Virus record (IMG/VR): IMGVR_UViG_3300031413_000001 | Length of the DNA stretch: 64,000 nucleotides | Reading direction: 5' to 3' (one strand) | Source: a virus | Lineage: Duplodnaviria > Heunggongvirae > Uroviricota > Caudoviricetes | Shown here: positions 1 to 9,156 of the stretch, one piece after another | Position numbering within the stretch: position 1 is the stretch's first letter | Layout of the letters: the number at the start of each line of letters is the position of its first letter | Notes under the pieces: model-generated | Database searches by the model: none | The model's input: only the letters and a program-made list of their open reading frames with translations | Told to the model about the DNA's origin: nothing | Made by a program: the position numbers and the translations under genes

Positions 1-213
1 GCCGAAGATCTGAATGGTCTTGTAGCCTTCGGGGATAACCAGCTGATTGGTCTGAAGGGTGATGCCACTCCAATCAACGGGTTCTCGACAGGTTGCCAGG
101 GTCAGGTGCAGCTCATGGACTGGCATGATCTTCTTGATCCCAGTCTCATAGGCCCACTGCACCACATCGCTGGTGTTCAATAGGGGTCGGTATAGCCAGA
201 GTGTCTTCATCAT
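1..213 (-). CDS. Acb1/gp57B-like 2H phosphodiesterase, 5' part (runs off window)
   Basis: Manual translation MMKTLWLYRPLLNTSDVVQWAYETGIKKIMPVHELHLTLATCREPVDW...; first HxT motif in the context typical of gp57B/Acb1. Confidence 0.65.
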   Translation of the reverse strand, partial: MMKTLWLYRPLLNTSDVVQWAYETGIKKIMPVHELHLTLATCREPVDWSGITLQTNQLVIPEGYKTIQIFG

Positions 214-274
214 CTTTGACCCATATTATAAGCTACTTTGGCTTGCAACTAAATTAGATATGAGATACACGATA

Positions 275-615
275 TTACGACCCAGCCCCTTCCAGCGGGC
301 TGACCCGGAATAGCATGGATTTCAGAATATCTCAATTAAGAAGCAACACAAAGGCGCGACTTCCTCGCTTTACCATCCGCTAAAGGAGAAGTCTTTCAAT
401 TGGGTGCCGCGCCGGACGCCGGATACGACAACAGCGCCCCTGAGGGCGCTGTTGGGCTGGAGTCCATTGGATTCCGCGCCAACTTCCATGGCAGCAGCAA
501 TCCCGATCCTATCTTTTCTCTAAAGCCCCTCGGCGCTATGGGGCGACGCCATGTTCCTTAGCGCATACGTACCTCCTTTCAGTTAGTGTTGATCCGCTGT
601 TAATCTGTAGCTGCA
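275..615 (-). ncRNA. Candidate structured RNA containing a Met-Arg-stop minigene
   Basis: Own promoter at 623-649, no long ORF, several hairpins, SD GAAAGGAGGT followed by ATG CGC TAA (558-566). Confidence 0.45.
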
Positions 616-654
616 CTCAGGACATTAGTGCCAACATCCTGAGCGTCAACCGTT

Positions 655-1065
655 TTATTCGGCGTCGGGATACATTTCCTTCAAACGCTTGAGATCTGCC
701 AGATCTTGCGCCTTTTGGAGATTGGCGGTTTCCTCAAGGGCACGTACCTGTTCCCGCAGAATCAGGGAACGTCGCTTGCTGTCATCGGCCCATTCGATTG
801 CCCGCCAGTTATTGTCCAGATAGTCAACCGGGAAAGTAACCAGCCGCGAACCACCGCCGTCCCAGTTCTCGTGGAAGACGACCTCGATCGTGGCTTCGTC
901 CTCATTCAACTGCCAGCTGTCGAAGCGGACATTCTTGAGGAGTGGGTACTGAACGGGGTTGAGCTCCTCCCTGTACTTTTGGACCGCCTCGGCCATGTCG
1001 CGCATCATGTTACGGATGCGGCGCTTCTCGACCAAGTAGGCCTGGATATTGGAAAGCTCGCTCAC
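655..1065 (-). CDS. Hypothetical early protein
   Basis: ORF coupled to upstream gene; weak similarity to 7936-8187. Confidence 0.75.
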   Translation of the reverse strand: MSELSNIQAYLVEKRRIRNMMRDMAEAVQKYREELNPVQYPLLKNVRFDSWQLNEDEATIEVVFHENWDGGGSRLVTFPVDYLDNNWRAIEWADDSKRRSLILREQVRALEETANLQKAQDLADLKRLKEMYPDAE

Positions 1066-1418
1066 TTTTCCGAAACCGAAGCGTGGGCGGGCTTGGGGCC
1101 TGCACCGTTGACGATCAGCGCCGCTGCGCGTTCGTCGGCCGACATTGCATCCAGGGAGATCCAGCCGTGCTTTCCAGCTACTGCGCGGAACATCGTCGAG
1201 ACCTGCAGTTCCAGGTTCTTGGGAAGCGTAAAGCGGAACGTGTCGACTGCGCCCTTCTTGACTCGGAGATCGACCAGCTGCTCGCCCTTGGGCAAGTTGA
1301 TGGACTTGACCCTGTTGGTCGGCAGGATCTGAACGACATCGTCCTTTACCCGAATCCGGACCTTCGTGTTAGCGCCGACCAGTGCCGATGCCAGCTTGTT
1401 AAGATTCACAGTAGCCAT
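1062..1418 (-). CDS. Hypothetical protein, paralog of 1762-2127
   Basis: Shared QILPTNRVKSINLPKGE block; promoter and SD GAGGAG. Confidence 0.9.
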   Translation of the reverse strand: MATVNLNKLASALVGANTKVRIRVKDDVVQILPTNRVKSINLPKGEQLVDLRVKKGAVDTFRFTLPKNLELQVSTMFRAVAGKHGWISLDAMSADERAAALIVNGAGPKPAHASVSEK

Positions 1419-1485
1419 TTTCGATCTCCTCGTTTGCGTTTCCTATGTTCTGGTTTTAGCACCAGAACAGACAGCGTCAACCAGT

Positions 1486-1713
1486 TTATTCAACCATTTC
1501 CACTTCTTCCACCTCGTAAGTGGAGTCATAGCTGCTGGTCCGCTTGCCATTGTGATCGGCAGCATAGGCATCAGCATCGGCTTCATTCTTGAACGCTTTG
1601 TGGGCGCGGCGACTATCGTACTCACCGTTGAAGTACACATCCATAACAATGTAGATCATGTTGATCTCCTCGTTGTGGGCGACCATCGCCCCGTCCATGT
1701 TCTGGATGTACAC
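1486..1713 (-). CDS. Hypothetical protein (true start probably about 1659)
   Basis: SD GAGGAG upstream of internal ATG; promoter 1705-1732. Confidence 0.7.
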   Translation of the reverse strand: MYIQNMDGAMVAHNEEINMIYIVMDVYFNGEYDSRRAHKAFKNEADADAYAADHNGKRTSSYDSTYEVEEVEMVE

Positions 1714-1761
1714 TCTGGTGAGAGGGCGTCAACCACTTTCTCACCAGAGTCTCGAACTCTT

Positions 1762-2127
1762 TTACTTTGCGGTGATGCTTGCGCCAGCAGGGGCAGCCTG
1801 ACCGATCGGGGTCTTCAGCAGCTCTGCGGCCTCGGTCACGTTGACCATCGTGAGCCAGCCATGCTTGCCCTGGACGATGTTGAACTTTGCGCCCTCTGCG
1901 CCGTCGAGTTCGTTGAGGCCGGCCACGTCGGGCATCTGGAAGCGAACCGTACCGCGATCTGCGCGAACCTTCAGTTCAGCGAGCATTTCGCCCTTGGGCA
2001 AGTTGATCGACTTGACACGATTCGTGGGGAGAATCTGCAACATGCCGCCGAGGACGCGAACGCGAACCTTAGCCGAAGTGCCGATCAGTGCCGAAGCGTT
2101 CTTGTTGAGATTTACCAGCTTGCCCAT
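1762..2127 (-). CDS. Hypothetical protein, paralog of 1062-1418
   Basis: Paralogy; promoter and SD. Confidence 0.9.
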   Translation of the reverse strand: MGKLVNLNKNASALIGTSAKVRVRVLGGMLQILPTNRVKSINLPKGEMLAELKVRADRGTVRFQMPDVAGLNELDGAEGAKFNIVQGKHGWLTMVNVTEAAELLKTPIGQAAPAGASITAK

Positions 2128-2223
2128 TGTGCGTCTCCTCGTTTGCGTTTCCGATAAACAAGCTCTAACACCAGGAAATGGAACGTCAACCAGTTTTGTT
2201 CTGGTTTTGTTCAGATAATTTGA

Positions 2224-2394
2224 TCAGTCGTCGAGGTCGATCTTTTTGCCCTCGCGACGACGCTTCCGCGCGCTGGTGGCCTTGTAGCTCATGTCCTTTC
2301 GGTGGTCGCCTCCGTCCATGCCACCCTTTTTGTTGCTGCGGTGCAGCTTGGCGAGGATTTCAATGAACCAACCGGTCCGAATTTTACCACCCAT
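2224..2394 (-). CDS. Small basic hypothetical protein
   Basis: SD AAGGAGG before ATG 2394. Confidence 0.65.
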   Translation of the reverse strand: MGGKIRTGWFIEILAKLHRSNKKGGMDGGDHRKDMSYKATSARKRRREGKKIDLDD

Positions 2395-2405
2395 AGTTGA
2401 CCTCC

Positions 2406-2654
2406 TTAGCGGACGATGACCGAGACCTTGCCGTAAGCCCCACTGTGGAACCACGTTTTGGCCTCGCGGATTTGGACCTTGCCAATTTGCGCTGGTGTAT
2501 AGCCCTGCGAGTTGACCGTCTGATCCGGCTGGTTGATGTTGCCCATTGCAACAGCGACGTCACGTTCCAGCGTTTCCATTGCCTTTTCCTGGCGCTCCAG
2601 GAGTTCCCCACGGAGGTGGCTGACATCGCTGTAAATGATCGTTACCTGCTTCAT
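2406..2654 (-). CDS. Hypothetical protein
   Basis: Promoter and SD AGGAG. Confidence 0.8.
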   Translation of the reverse strand: MKQVTIIYSDVSHLRGELLERQEKAMETLERDVAVAMGNINQPDQTVNSQGYTPAQIGKVQIREAKTWFHSGAYGKVSVIVR

Positions 2655-2708
2655 CGTGGACTCCTGGTGTTTCCTATAAAAAGAGGAGTAACACCAGGAT
2701 CCTGGTGA

Positions 2709-3284
2709 TCAACCGCTTTTTGCTTTTCCTCGGACATTTTCTGGAAGCTCATAGGGGTCATACGCCGCTGCCTTGTCGGCAGTGACCTTGTTGGCATGCT
2801 CGATGCCCAGTCGCAGACCACGCTCCGATGATGGAAGGGGAGGACGACCAGCGGCTACATCGCGACCGATCACGTCCTGGAGCCAGGCGATGTTTTTGTT
2901 GGCTGCTGCCTCGATATCAGGATACAGTCGGAGGCGAGCGTCGCCATCGAACCGCTCGTTGATTGGACGATGTGGCGTGGTGTCCGTGATGTAGCCCTCA
3001 AGGCCGGCGAGTGGATTCTCATACTCCCGCCAGAAGGTAAACGGAGGCATCATGCCTCCCTTGGTGGACAGAAAGGAACCTTGCTTGGCACCAAGTGCCT
3101 CGGCGCTGTACCAGAGCACAAGGGCAACGTCGCCCTGATATGTCCAGTGGCGAGCAGTTGTGTTGGGACGATGGCGATGCGTGGCATCGAGAAAGCTGTC
3201 CTCGTAGGTCCACGCCGCGCCGCTCGTGACCTCGATCACGCGATCGGTGGGAGGAGCAATGTCCTCGACCTTGTTCCACGGCAT
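2709..3284 (-). CDS. Hypothetical protein
   Basis: 191-aa ORF in operon. Confidence 0.8.
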   Translation of the reverse strand: MPWNKVEDIAPPTDRVIEVTSGAAWTYEDSFLDATHRHRPNTTARHWTYQGDVALVLWYSAEALGAKQGSFLSTKGGMMPPFTFWREYENPLAGLEGYITDTTPHRPINERFDGDARLRLYPDIEAAANKNIAWLQDVIGRDVAAGRPPLPSSERGLRLGIEHANKVTADKAAAYDPYELPENVRGKAKSG

Positions 3285-3285
3285 A

Positions 3286-3588
3286 TCAGTTCCCCTTTAC
3301 GAGAATGCGCTCTGCAGCGAGAGCAGTTGCGGGCAAATACTTGTAGTCGGTTGCGTTTGCGAGATACTTGAGGGCACCCTCATAGGCTGCGCGGAGCGTT
3401 GGGCGCACACGCATGTTAGTGTCTTCGCGGAAGTAACGCGAGAGCGCCTCGCACATCAGCTGGGCATTTTGCGCTTGCGGATGCTTGAGCTTTGCGGGGA
3501 TATACTTGCCGCCACCCGGCGCGATCAGATCCTCGGTGATGATCCAACCGGTCTTCATGCGCGTATTGTGGGTGTAAATGAGCAGCAT
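3286..3588 (-). CDS. Hypothetical protein
   Basis: Promoter and SD AGGAG. Confidence 0.8.
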   Translation of the reverse strand: MLLIYTHNTRMKTGWIITEDLIAPGGGKYIPAKLKHPQAQNAQLMCEALSRYFREDTNMRVRPTLRAAYEGALKYLANATDYKYLPATALAAERILVKGN

Positions 3589-3648
3589 GTCTATCTCCTG
3601 TGCGTCCGATAAACAGACACTAGCACCAGAGTTTGGCTATGCAACCAG

Positions 3649-3978
3649 TTATTTGCCTCGAAGCCAGGCCCAGAAACCCTTTTTGGCGATGTTTTTGGCA
3701 ATGACCGCGGTGGCCTTGGCCTCAAAGAGTTTTCCCTCAGGGCCACACATTCCTTTCTGGGAGCGAACGTTGGCACACTCTGGCAGCTTGACATCGTAGC
3801 CACCATGAGGAGTGAATGTCTCGAGACGCGCCAGCTCATTGGTGCAGTAGTCGAAATTGGACACACCGCCCAGCCAGCTTTTCCAGTATTTGCACTGGTG
3901 ACAGGGACCGGGCCAGTTGAGTGTGTCCTGCTCAGCCTTCTTCAACGCCGCTTGGGCTCTGGCTAAAAGGTCACTCAC
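3649..3978 (-). CDS. Cys-rich hypothetical protein
   Basis: CHQC...C...C...CGPEG; 4-nt overlap with upstream gene. Confidence 0.75.
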   Translation of the reverse strand: MSDLLARAQAALKKAEQDTLNWPGPCHQCKYWKSWLGGVSNFDYCTNELARLETFTPHGGYDVKLPECANVRSQKGMCGPEGKLFEAKATAVIAKNIAKKGFWAWLRGK

Positions 3979-4844
3979 CGCTTCAATTTCTCCATCATCA
4001 GCTTGGTGCTGAGCACCTCGTTTTTGTCAAACTTCATCAGCGCCGGATTGTGCTGACCAGTCTTGGTCGCGTGGCTGCTGACTTCTCCCTGCAGCCGCAC
4101 TTCCTTTTTGTCAAGGATGGTCTCAGCGGTGATGAAACCGCTGGTGTGGGTTCTTTTCAGACGTGCGATCACCAGCTCATCGCGGCGCGAATAGATGAAC
4201 ATGTCACCGATTGCCAGCTCGTTGCCGAACATATCCAGGGGAACGCAGGGCAGGAGATCAACCTTCTTGGCCTTTTCCTCCTCGGTCTTGGGAGGCTTTT
4301 TGGCAAACAGATAGACCGTTGGTCCCACGTGATTGGGAAGGATCTCAAGGCCGGCTTGGTCGCCCCAGTTAGTAGCAACAGGCTTTCGACCATCGAACTC
4401 GTAACGAAGCGTCTTTGAACCGTCCTGCTCAATCCACTCCATCATGTAGATTTCCAGCAGGTTGGGCTCCCTGATACCCATGAAGCCCGACTTGCTTTCG
4501 CGGATGAAGATGTTGGGATCCGTTGGCAATGTTCCTTGGCGGATGATATTGTAAGCGGGGCCCTTGGGAACTGAACTTATGTTGCGGAGTTGAAGACAGT
4601 CGCGCTCGATCTTTGCGATGCTGCCGGCCCTTGCACCACTGTGGATCTTGGCATAGATGGGCCGACCAGCCTTGAAGTCCTCGACCATCTTGGCCATGCC
4701 CTGGATGAGAAGCTGGCGATTGGCGATCACATTCTCGATCGTCTCGTCGGACTGGTCAGCGTACCGTCCCCGGTAGATGTCGCCCTTGAGATTTCCTATC
4801 TCAACCATCGTATCAGGGTTGTTGTGCAAATGGTACCACGACAT
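3975..4844 (-). CDS. Hypothetical protein
   Basis: 289-aa ORF, TGATG coupling. Confidence 0.85.
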   Translation of the reverse strand: MSWYHLHNNPDTMVEIGNLKGDIYRGRYADQSDETIENVIANRQLLIQGMAKMVEDFKAGRPIYAKIHSGARAGSIAKIERDCLQLRNISSVPKGPAYNIIRQGTLPTDPNIFIRESKSGFMGIREPNLLEIYMMEWIEQDGSKTLRYEFDGRKPVATNWGDQAGLEILPNHVGPTVYLFAKKPPKTEEEKAKKVDLLPCVPLDMFGNELAIGDMFIYSRRDELVIARLKRTHTSGFITAETILDKKEVRLQGEVSSHATKTGQHNPALMKFDKNEVLSTKLMMEKLKR

Positions 4845-5500
4845 CAGTTGTCATCCTCTTCCGAATAAGTCCCACCCTCGCTCCAGAGGTACTGCCTGAT
4901 TTCCTTCAAGCATTCCAGAAGCGAACCAGTAATCCGAGCCCTGCCCCAGCTGCGATCGATGTCACGGTGATCAAAGATCGCCCACTCGTCGCCCTGGATC
5001 CACGCCAACTTCCAGTCGTTATAGCGGGAAAGAGTGTGCTCTGCAATGTTAAATCCGCGCATCAGGTCAGTCTTGACCGCTGCGCCCTTGCTGGTCAGCT
5101 TGAGCGTTCCCTCGAACATTCCGGGGCGGATCACGGGCAGGACGCTTTCGATCAGCTGGCTCAGGGTCACCAGCTTGTCGTCATCCCACTTGTGGTTGAC
5201 CGCAACCGTGAGGCAGTTCTGATCCGTCCGGCACCAGTGACCGCCACCATTCCGCAGACCAGATCCCTGCCATGCGCCCTTCCAGGAAAGCTGCGAGAGA
5301 TACGCATCGCCGCGCTTGTTCCAGCCGCTGGCCACATTGGTTTCCAGAGCCTTCTCCAGCGTCATCGCTTCCTTGGCCTCTTCGGCCAGCTGGGCAGTGG
5401 TGAAAGCATTGTGGGCGATGTGGAAGTTGTCCTGGGCCCTCTTGAGAGCATCGCGGGCTCGATCAAGATTTGCCGTCAGTTGTTCGATCGTCTTCGCCAC
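4844..5500 (-). CDS. Hypothetical protein
   Basis: GTG start after SD GAGGAG and promoter 5528-5554. Confidence 0.85.
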   Translation of the reverse strand: MAKTIEQLTANLDRARDALKRAQDNFHIAHNAFTTAQLAEEAKEAMTLEKALETNVASGWNKRGDAYLSQLSWKGAWQGSGLRNGGGHWCRTDQNCLTVAVNHKWDDDKLVTLSQLIESVLPVIRPGMFEGTLKLTSKGAAVKTDLMRGFNIAEHTLSRYNDWKLAWIQGDEWAIFDHRDIDRSWGRARITGSLLECLKEIRQYLWSEGGTYSEEDDN

Positions 5501-5551
5501 CGCGTTTCTCCTCGTTGTCTGCATTCTGGATAGCAGACCTGTCCTGGTTGT

Positions 5552-5998
5552 CTACCAGAATCTCTTGCGCGAGTAAAAAGAAAGCGGATCCATTAGGCGC
5601 ACGTGATCCCTGCTCTTGCCCTTTAAGTCCTCGTAACATTCGCACATGAACTCGGGGCTGGTTCGAGCATCGGGGACAATGGGCTTGCAGATCTTCTTCA
5701 TGCCCGATTCAATGAAGTGGCAGATTTCCGCCTTGTTGGTGCGATCTCGCCAAGTACCATCACGCATCTGATACTTGAGTGCCGCGCATTGAACTCGACC
5801 CTTTTTGTCAAGCCCAACGTTGTTGAAACAGGAAACACATTGACTTGGACGTTGAGGCCCAAAGTAAGCCTTTTCCCATTGACAGGCCCGGCAATAACCA
5901 ATGCAATCGGACACCGTGCCGGAGGCAAATGGCACATCGCACCTCATGCAACGTGGAGCGGTACTAGAAACCGCTGGGGCTTTGGGACGGCTGCTCAT
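5552..5998 (-). CDS. Cys-rich putative zinc-binding protein
   Basis: Multiple CxxC pairs; TGATG coupling. Confidence 0.65.
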   Translation of the reverse strand: MSSRPKAPAVSSTAPRCMRCDVPFASGTVSDCIGYCRACQWEKAYFGPQRPSQCVSCFNNVGLDKKGRVQCAALKYQMRDGTWRDRTNKAEICHFIESGMKKICKPIVPDARTSPEFMCECYEDLKGKSRDHVRLMDPLSFYSRKRFW

Positions 5999-6300
5999 CA
6001 GTGGACGGTCGCGAGTTCGCGCTCCAAGTCCTCACATTCCAGCAACCAGACCAGCGTGAGCTCCCAGTCGCCGCGATGATCGTTCTGATGCTCCCAGAGG
6101 ACGTCCTCGATGGGATAAAAGCTACCATGCTCGTTGATGTGGTCGCGAACCTGACGTGGGAGACGATCGAACGCATCCATGTCGATCTGCCGACCCTCTT
6201 CCCAGTGAGGAGTGTCCTCGGTCTGGGTGCTCATTTCGGCGATGGCCTGTGCCAGCATGCCAGCAATGCTGGAGCCGCTCAGAAGATCCGCGTAGCCCAT
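5998..6300 (-). CDS. Acidic hypothetical protein
   Basis: ATG 6300 just after stop of upstream gene, SD GGAGG. Confidence 0.75.
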   Translation of the reverse strand: MGYADLLSGSSIAGMLAQAIAEMSTQTEDTPHWEEGRQIDMDAFDRLPRQVRDHINEHGSFYPIEDVLWEHQNDHRGDWELTLVWLLECEDLERELATVH

Positions 6301-6301
6301 T

Positions 6302-6478
6302 TTATGCCTCCACGCTGCGGTCGAGGAGATTGTTCTTTCCGATGCCGCCGCCCCAGCCCTTCCGGATGGTGATGGCCGAGCCAGCGCGGGTGAAGAACTC
6401 AGGGGAGCCGTTGAGAACACGTCGCACCTGACGACGCTGCATGTTGCGAACGCCCCGCTTTCCCGTCGTGTTGCTCAT
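6302..6478 (-). CDS. Small basic protein (58 aa, not in ORF track)
   Basis: MSNTTGKRGVRNMQRRQVRR...; promoter 6509-6536 and SD AGGGAG. Confidence 0.7.
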   Translation of the reverse strand: MSNTTGKRGVRNMQRRQVRRVLNGSPEFFTRAGSAITIRKGWGGGIGKNNLLDRSVEA

Positions 6479-6532
6479 CTTGTTTCTCCCTACGTTGCCT
6501 ATGTTCTGGTATTACTACCAGAGTTCCTGGTG

Positions 6533-6733
6533 TCAACCAGTATTTGTTAGCTGATCTTCTCCGACTATGAAACCGCTGAGTTCACCTGGCTCTTTGTTGA
6601 GAAGCTTGGTGAGGATCATGTCCTCGCTGCCGATCTTTTCAACCAGCACCCGTCGACCGTTATATTTCTCATGACGAGGGTTAAGTCCTTGGATTGTGTA
6701 CTCACCGCCCTCAACGATCGTTGCATCAGCCAT
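6533..6733 (-). CDS. Small hypothetical protein
   Basis: Promoter and SD AGGAG. Confidence 0.75.
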   Translation of the reverse strand: MADATIVEGGEYTIQGLNPRHEKYNGRRVLVEKIGSEDMILTKLLNKEPGELSGFIVGEDQLTNTG

Positions 6734-6795
6734 CTTCGATCTCCTAGTTGCCTACACCTCTGTCCTAGCAAACTGGACAGGACTGTCAACCAGTT

Positions 6796-7032
6796 TTACA
6801 GAAAAGAGTTGGCCCTCTCGATCAACGCCTTGTCCTCACTATCCAGGGAAAGCGAGCAGTGGGCGTTCCGCTCATGAAGTTCCAATGCCTCGACCAGAAG
6901 ACGGATGACCTCACGCATGTCAATCATACGCTCGAGATCTTCCCCAACGCCGTTGGTGCCATGGATGGGGCAGTTGGGGTCCTCTGCTATCCAGGGACCC
7001 CCGATCTGATGGCACTGATGTCCACAGTCCAT
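6796..7032 (-). CDS. Hypothetical protein with Cys/His N-terminus
   Basis: CGHQC...CPIHG; TAATG coupling. Confidence 0.7.
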   Translation of the reverse strand: MDCGHQCHQIGGPWIAEDPNCPIHGTNGVGEDLERMIDMREVIRLLVEALELHERNAHCSLSLDSEDKALIERANSFL

Positions 7033-7403
7033 TACGCGCCCTTCAGCTTGAGCTTGAACGTCCGAGTACCCTGCGAAGTGCCCGCCGTCTCGACCATATC
7101 CTTGGGGATATCGTAGTAGTGGGCAATCCAGCCGCTCTCACGAAGCACCGTCCGCGTCTCTGCGAGCTTGCCCTTGTCCTTGCCGCGAGTGATCAGCTTC
7201 TTGGTGACCTGCACCTTCCGATTGTGCTTCTCGAGGCTGTAAAGGCGGACGATGCCATCGTAACGGCCGTCCCGTCGACCGACCAGACCGTAGCCGTAAT
7301 GGCGCTGGAAACCAGTGCGGAAATCACCTTCGAGCTTGCGGATGATATCCTGCTTGCTCTTTGCCGAAATCTTCGTCGCCTTGATCTTGATCACAACGGC
7401 CAT
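7032..7403 (-). CDS. Basic hypothetical protein
   Basis: Promoter and SD. Confidence 0.8.
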   Translation of the reverse strand: MAVVIKIKATKISAKSKQDIIRKLEGDFRTGFQRHYGYGLVGRRDGRYDGIVRLYSLEKHNRKVQVTKKLITRGKDKGKLAETRTVLRESGWIAHYYDIPKDMVETAGTSQGTRTFKLKLKGA

Positions 7404-7461
7404 CTGCTGTCTCCCTGTGTGCGTTTCCTATGTACCAGGAATAGCACCAGAGTTGAGCACG

Positions 7462-7896
7462 TCAACCAGTTATCTTAGCCAGTTCCGCTTTTAGGAGCAT
7501 CTCATAGAACTGGACATTCTCGGCCACGTTCCAGAAACGATTCATCCCACTTGTATGGGGAATGTAGAGGGCACGGAGATCGCCACTGCTAACGGGGTTT
7601 CCTGCTATCAGGGCACCGCCATAGACACGCGCTGCCTCGGCTCCCACAAGGATTGTTAGCCAGGGACCCTCAAGGTCCATTAGTATCTTGCGGAGGCGGG
7701 TTCGCGCTTCATCAAGTTCCAGAAGCTTCTCGCCATCATGACGAGCGTTGATGCGACGGATTGCATGATAGGCATCACTGTCCAGAGCCATCATCTTGGC
7801 AAGCCGCGCAGCCGCGCCAGTGGTCGTGTGGATGAACAATGGATCTTTGGGATCCGTGTTGGGTCCAGGCCGATCGCCTACAATGAGAACATTCAT
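7462..7896 (-). CDS. Uracil-DNA glycosylase superfamily protein
   Basis: Motif A-like VLIVGDRPGP and motif B-like IPHTSGMNRFWN. Confidence 0.7.
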   Translation of the reverse strand: MNVLIVGDRPGPNTDPKDPLFIHTTTGAAARLAKMMALDSDAYHAIRRINARHDGEKLLELDEARTRLRKILMDLEGPWLTILVGAEAARVYGGALIAGNPVSSGDLRALYIPHTSGMNRFWNVAENVQFYEMLLKAELAKITG

Positions 7897-7935
7897 AGCG
7901 GAATGCTACGCTAGGGAGCATTGGGCCGCAAGATA

Positions 7936-8187
7936 CTAAAAGTGCTCAATCTCCGCAGGGCTTATAGTGACCGTCTCATCGCCCTCGTAGGGGTGGCTGT
8001 AATCAAAATAGACTGTGATCGTGTCGTCGGCCTCAATATAGAAGGATTCCATATGGGCATGAGTGGTGAAGACCTTGAAGTCCTTTTCAGACTTCTCGGC
8101 CTCCACGTGCTTTCGAGCGATCTCCTCGATGACTCTGCTGAGTCGACTGTGGTTATCGATTACAGCTTCGATGATCGCCAGTTGCAT
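7936..8187 (-). CDS. Hypothetical protein
   Basis: TGATG coupling. Confidence 0.7.
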   Translation of the reverse strand: MQLAIIEAVIDNHSRLSRVIEEIARKHVEAEKSEKDFKVFTTHAHMESFYIEADDTITVYFDYSHPYEGDETVTISPAEIEHF

Positions 8188-8357
8188 CAGAAGAACAGTG
8201 AGATCAGATAGCCCGCTGCGCCGAAGAAGCTCACGAAGACCACGAACCAGCAGAAGGTCATCTTGACGTTGATGTTCTCATAGTTCTTCAGCGTCAGGAG
8301 ATTGGCGACGAAAAAGATCGTCCAGAGAATGAGCCCGATTGCGATACCGATGAACAT
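8187..8357 (-). CDS. Small two-TM membrane protein (56 aa, not in ORF track)
   Basis: MFIGIAIGLILWTIFFVANLL...FCWFVVFVSFFGAAGYLISLFF; SD GAGGGAG. Confidence 0.7.
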   Translation of the reverse strand: MFIGIAIGLILWTIFFVANLLTLKNYENINVKMTFCWFVVFVSFFGAAGYLISLFF

Positions 8358-8368
8358 GGTTTACTCCC

Positions 8369-8818
8369 TCAGATATAATAGCTGGTCTGGTGATTTTCTT
8401 CGACAGCCTGCTCAAGATTGAAATTGTAGTTGCGCCAGGCGAATCCGTAAAGATCCATCGACTTGGCGCCTGCACCATAACGTGGCTGGACCGTTACGCG
8501 CTTGTCGGTGATGTTGGTGATCACGCCCAAGTAACGAAGATTGTAGCTGTCGTACTCGACAGTTTCGCCGACCTTGAACGTCCGATCCACGGCCTTGTTA
8601 TTGTAAGTGCCGAACAGTCGGATGAACTTGACACCTTCGCGCTTGCCGACAGTTGCCTTGAGGCCGCTGTCCTGACCAGGATAGACCTGACCATAACGCT
8701 TGCGCGTCTTGCCCACCACTGCGACCGTCTTGTCGGCGGCCAGCTCAACGAGTGCGCGACCGTGTGCTGCCACTAGGGGCACTACTGCGTCAAAACGTGC
8801 CTGCTGCTCTGCGTTCAT
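8369..8818 (-). CDS. Hypothetical protein
   Basis: ATG about 8818 after SD GAGGAG and promoter. Confidence 0.85.
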   Translation of the reverse strand: MNAEQQARFDAVVPLVAAHGRALVELAADKTVAVVGKTRKRYGQVYPGQDSGLKATVGKREGVKFIRLFGTYNNKAVDRTFKVGETVEYDSYNLRYLGVITNITDKRVTVQPRYGAGAKSMDLYGFAWRNYNFNLEQAVEENHQTSYYI

Positions 8819-8881
8819 TTTCGATCTCCTCGTTGCCGATGTTCTGGATCTAACACCAGAACAGATAGTTGCAACCACTTT

Positions 8882-9013
8882 TTAGACGTCGCAGAATCTT
8901 TCCACGCCGCGCTTGCAAAGCACCTGCTCATCGTGCTTCATCATGCGATCAAAAGCAAAGAGCACCGCACCAGCGAGCAGGACCCAAAAGAGGATCAGGG
9001 GAAGGCGCCGCAT
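8882..9013 (-). CDS. Small membrane-anchored protein (43 aa)
   Basis: MRRLPLILFWVLLAGAVLFAF...; TGATG coupling. Confidence 0.55.
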   Translation of the reverse strand: MRRLPLILFWVLLAGAVLFAFDRMMKHDEQVLCKRGVERFCDV

Positions 9014-9156
9014 CACGCCGCCTCAACCGGCTTGAGGAGAACGGAATGCAGACGCTCCAGCATATCGTAGATCTCCTCTGGGGTCTCCAGACCAGTGAGC
9101 GCGAGGTCGGCCACGATCTCTCCCTCGAGTGCCTTGGGCATGATTTCCTGTGCCAT
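9013..9156 (-). CDS. Small acidic protein (47 aa)
   Basis: MAQEIMPKALEGE...; coupled on both sides. Confidence 0.6.
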   Translation of the reverse strand: MAQEIMPKALEGEIVADLALTGLETPEEIYDMLERLHSVLLKPVEAA

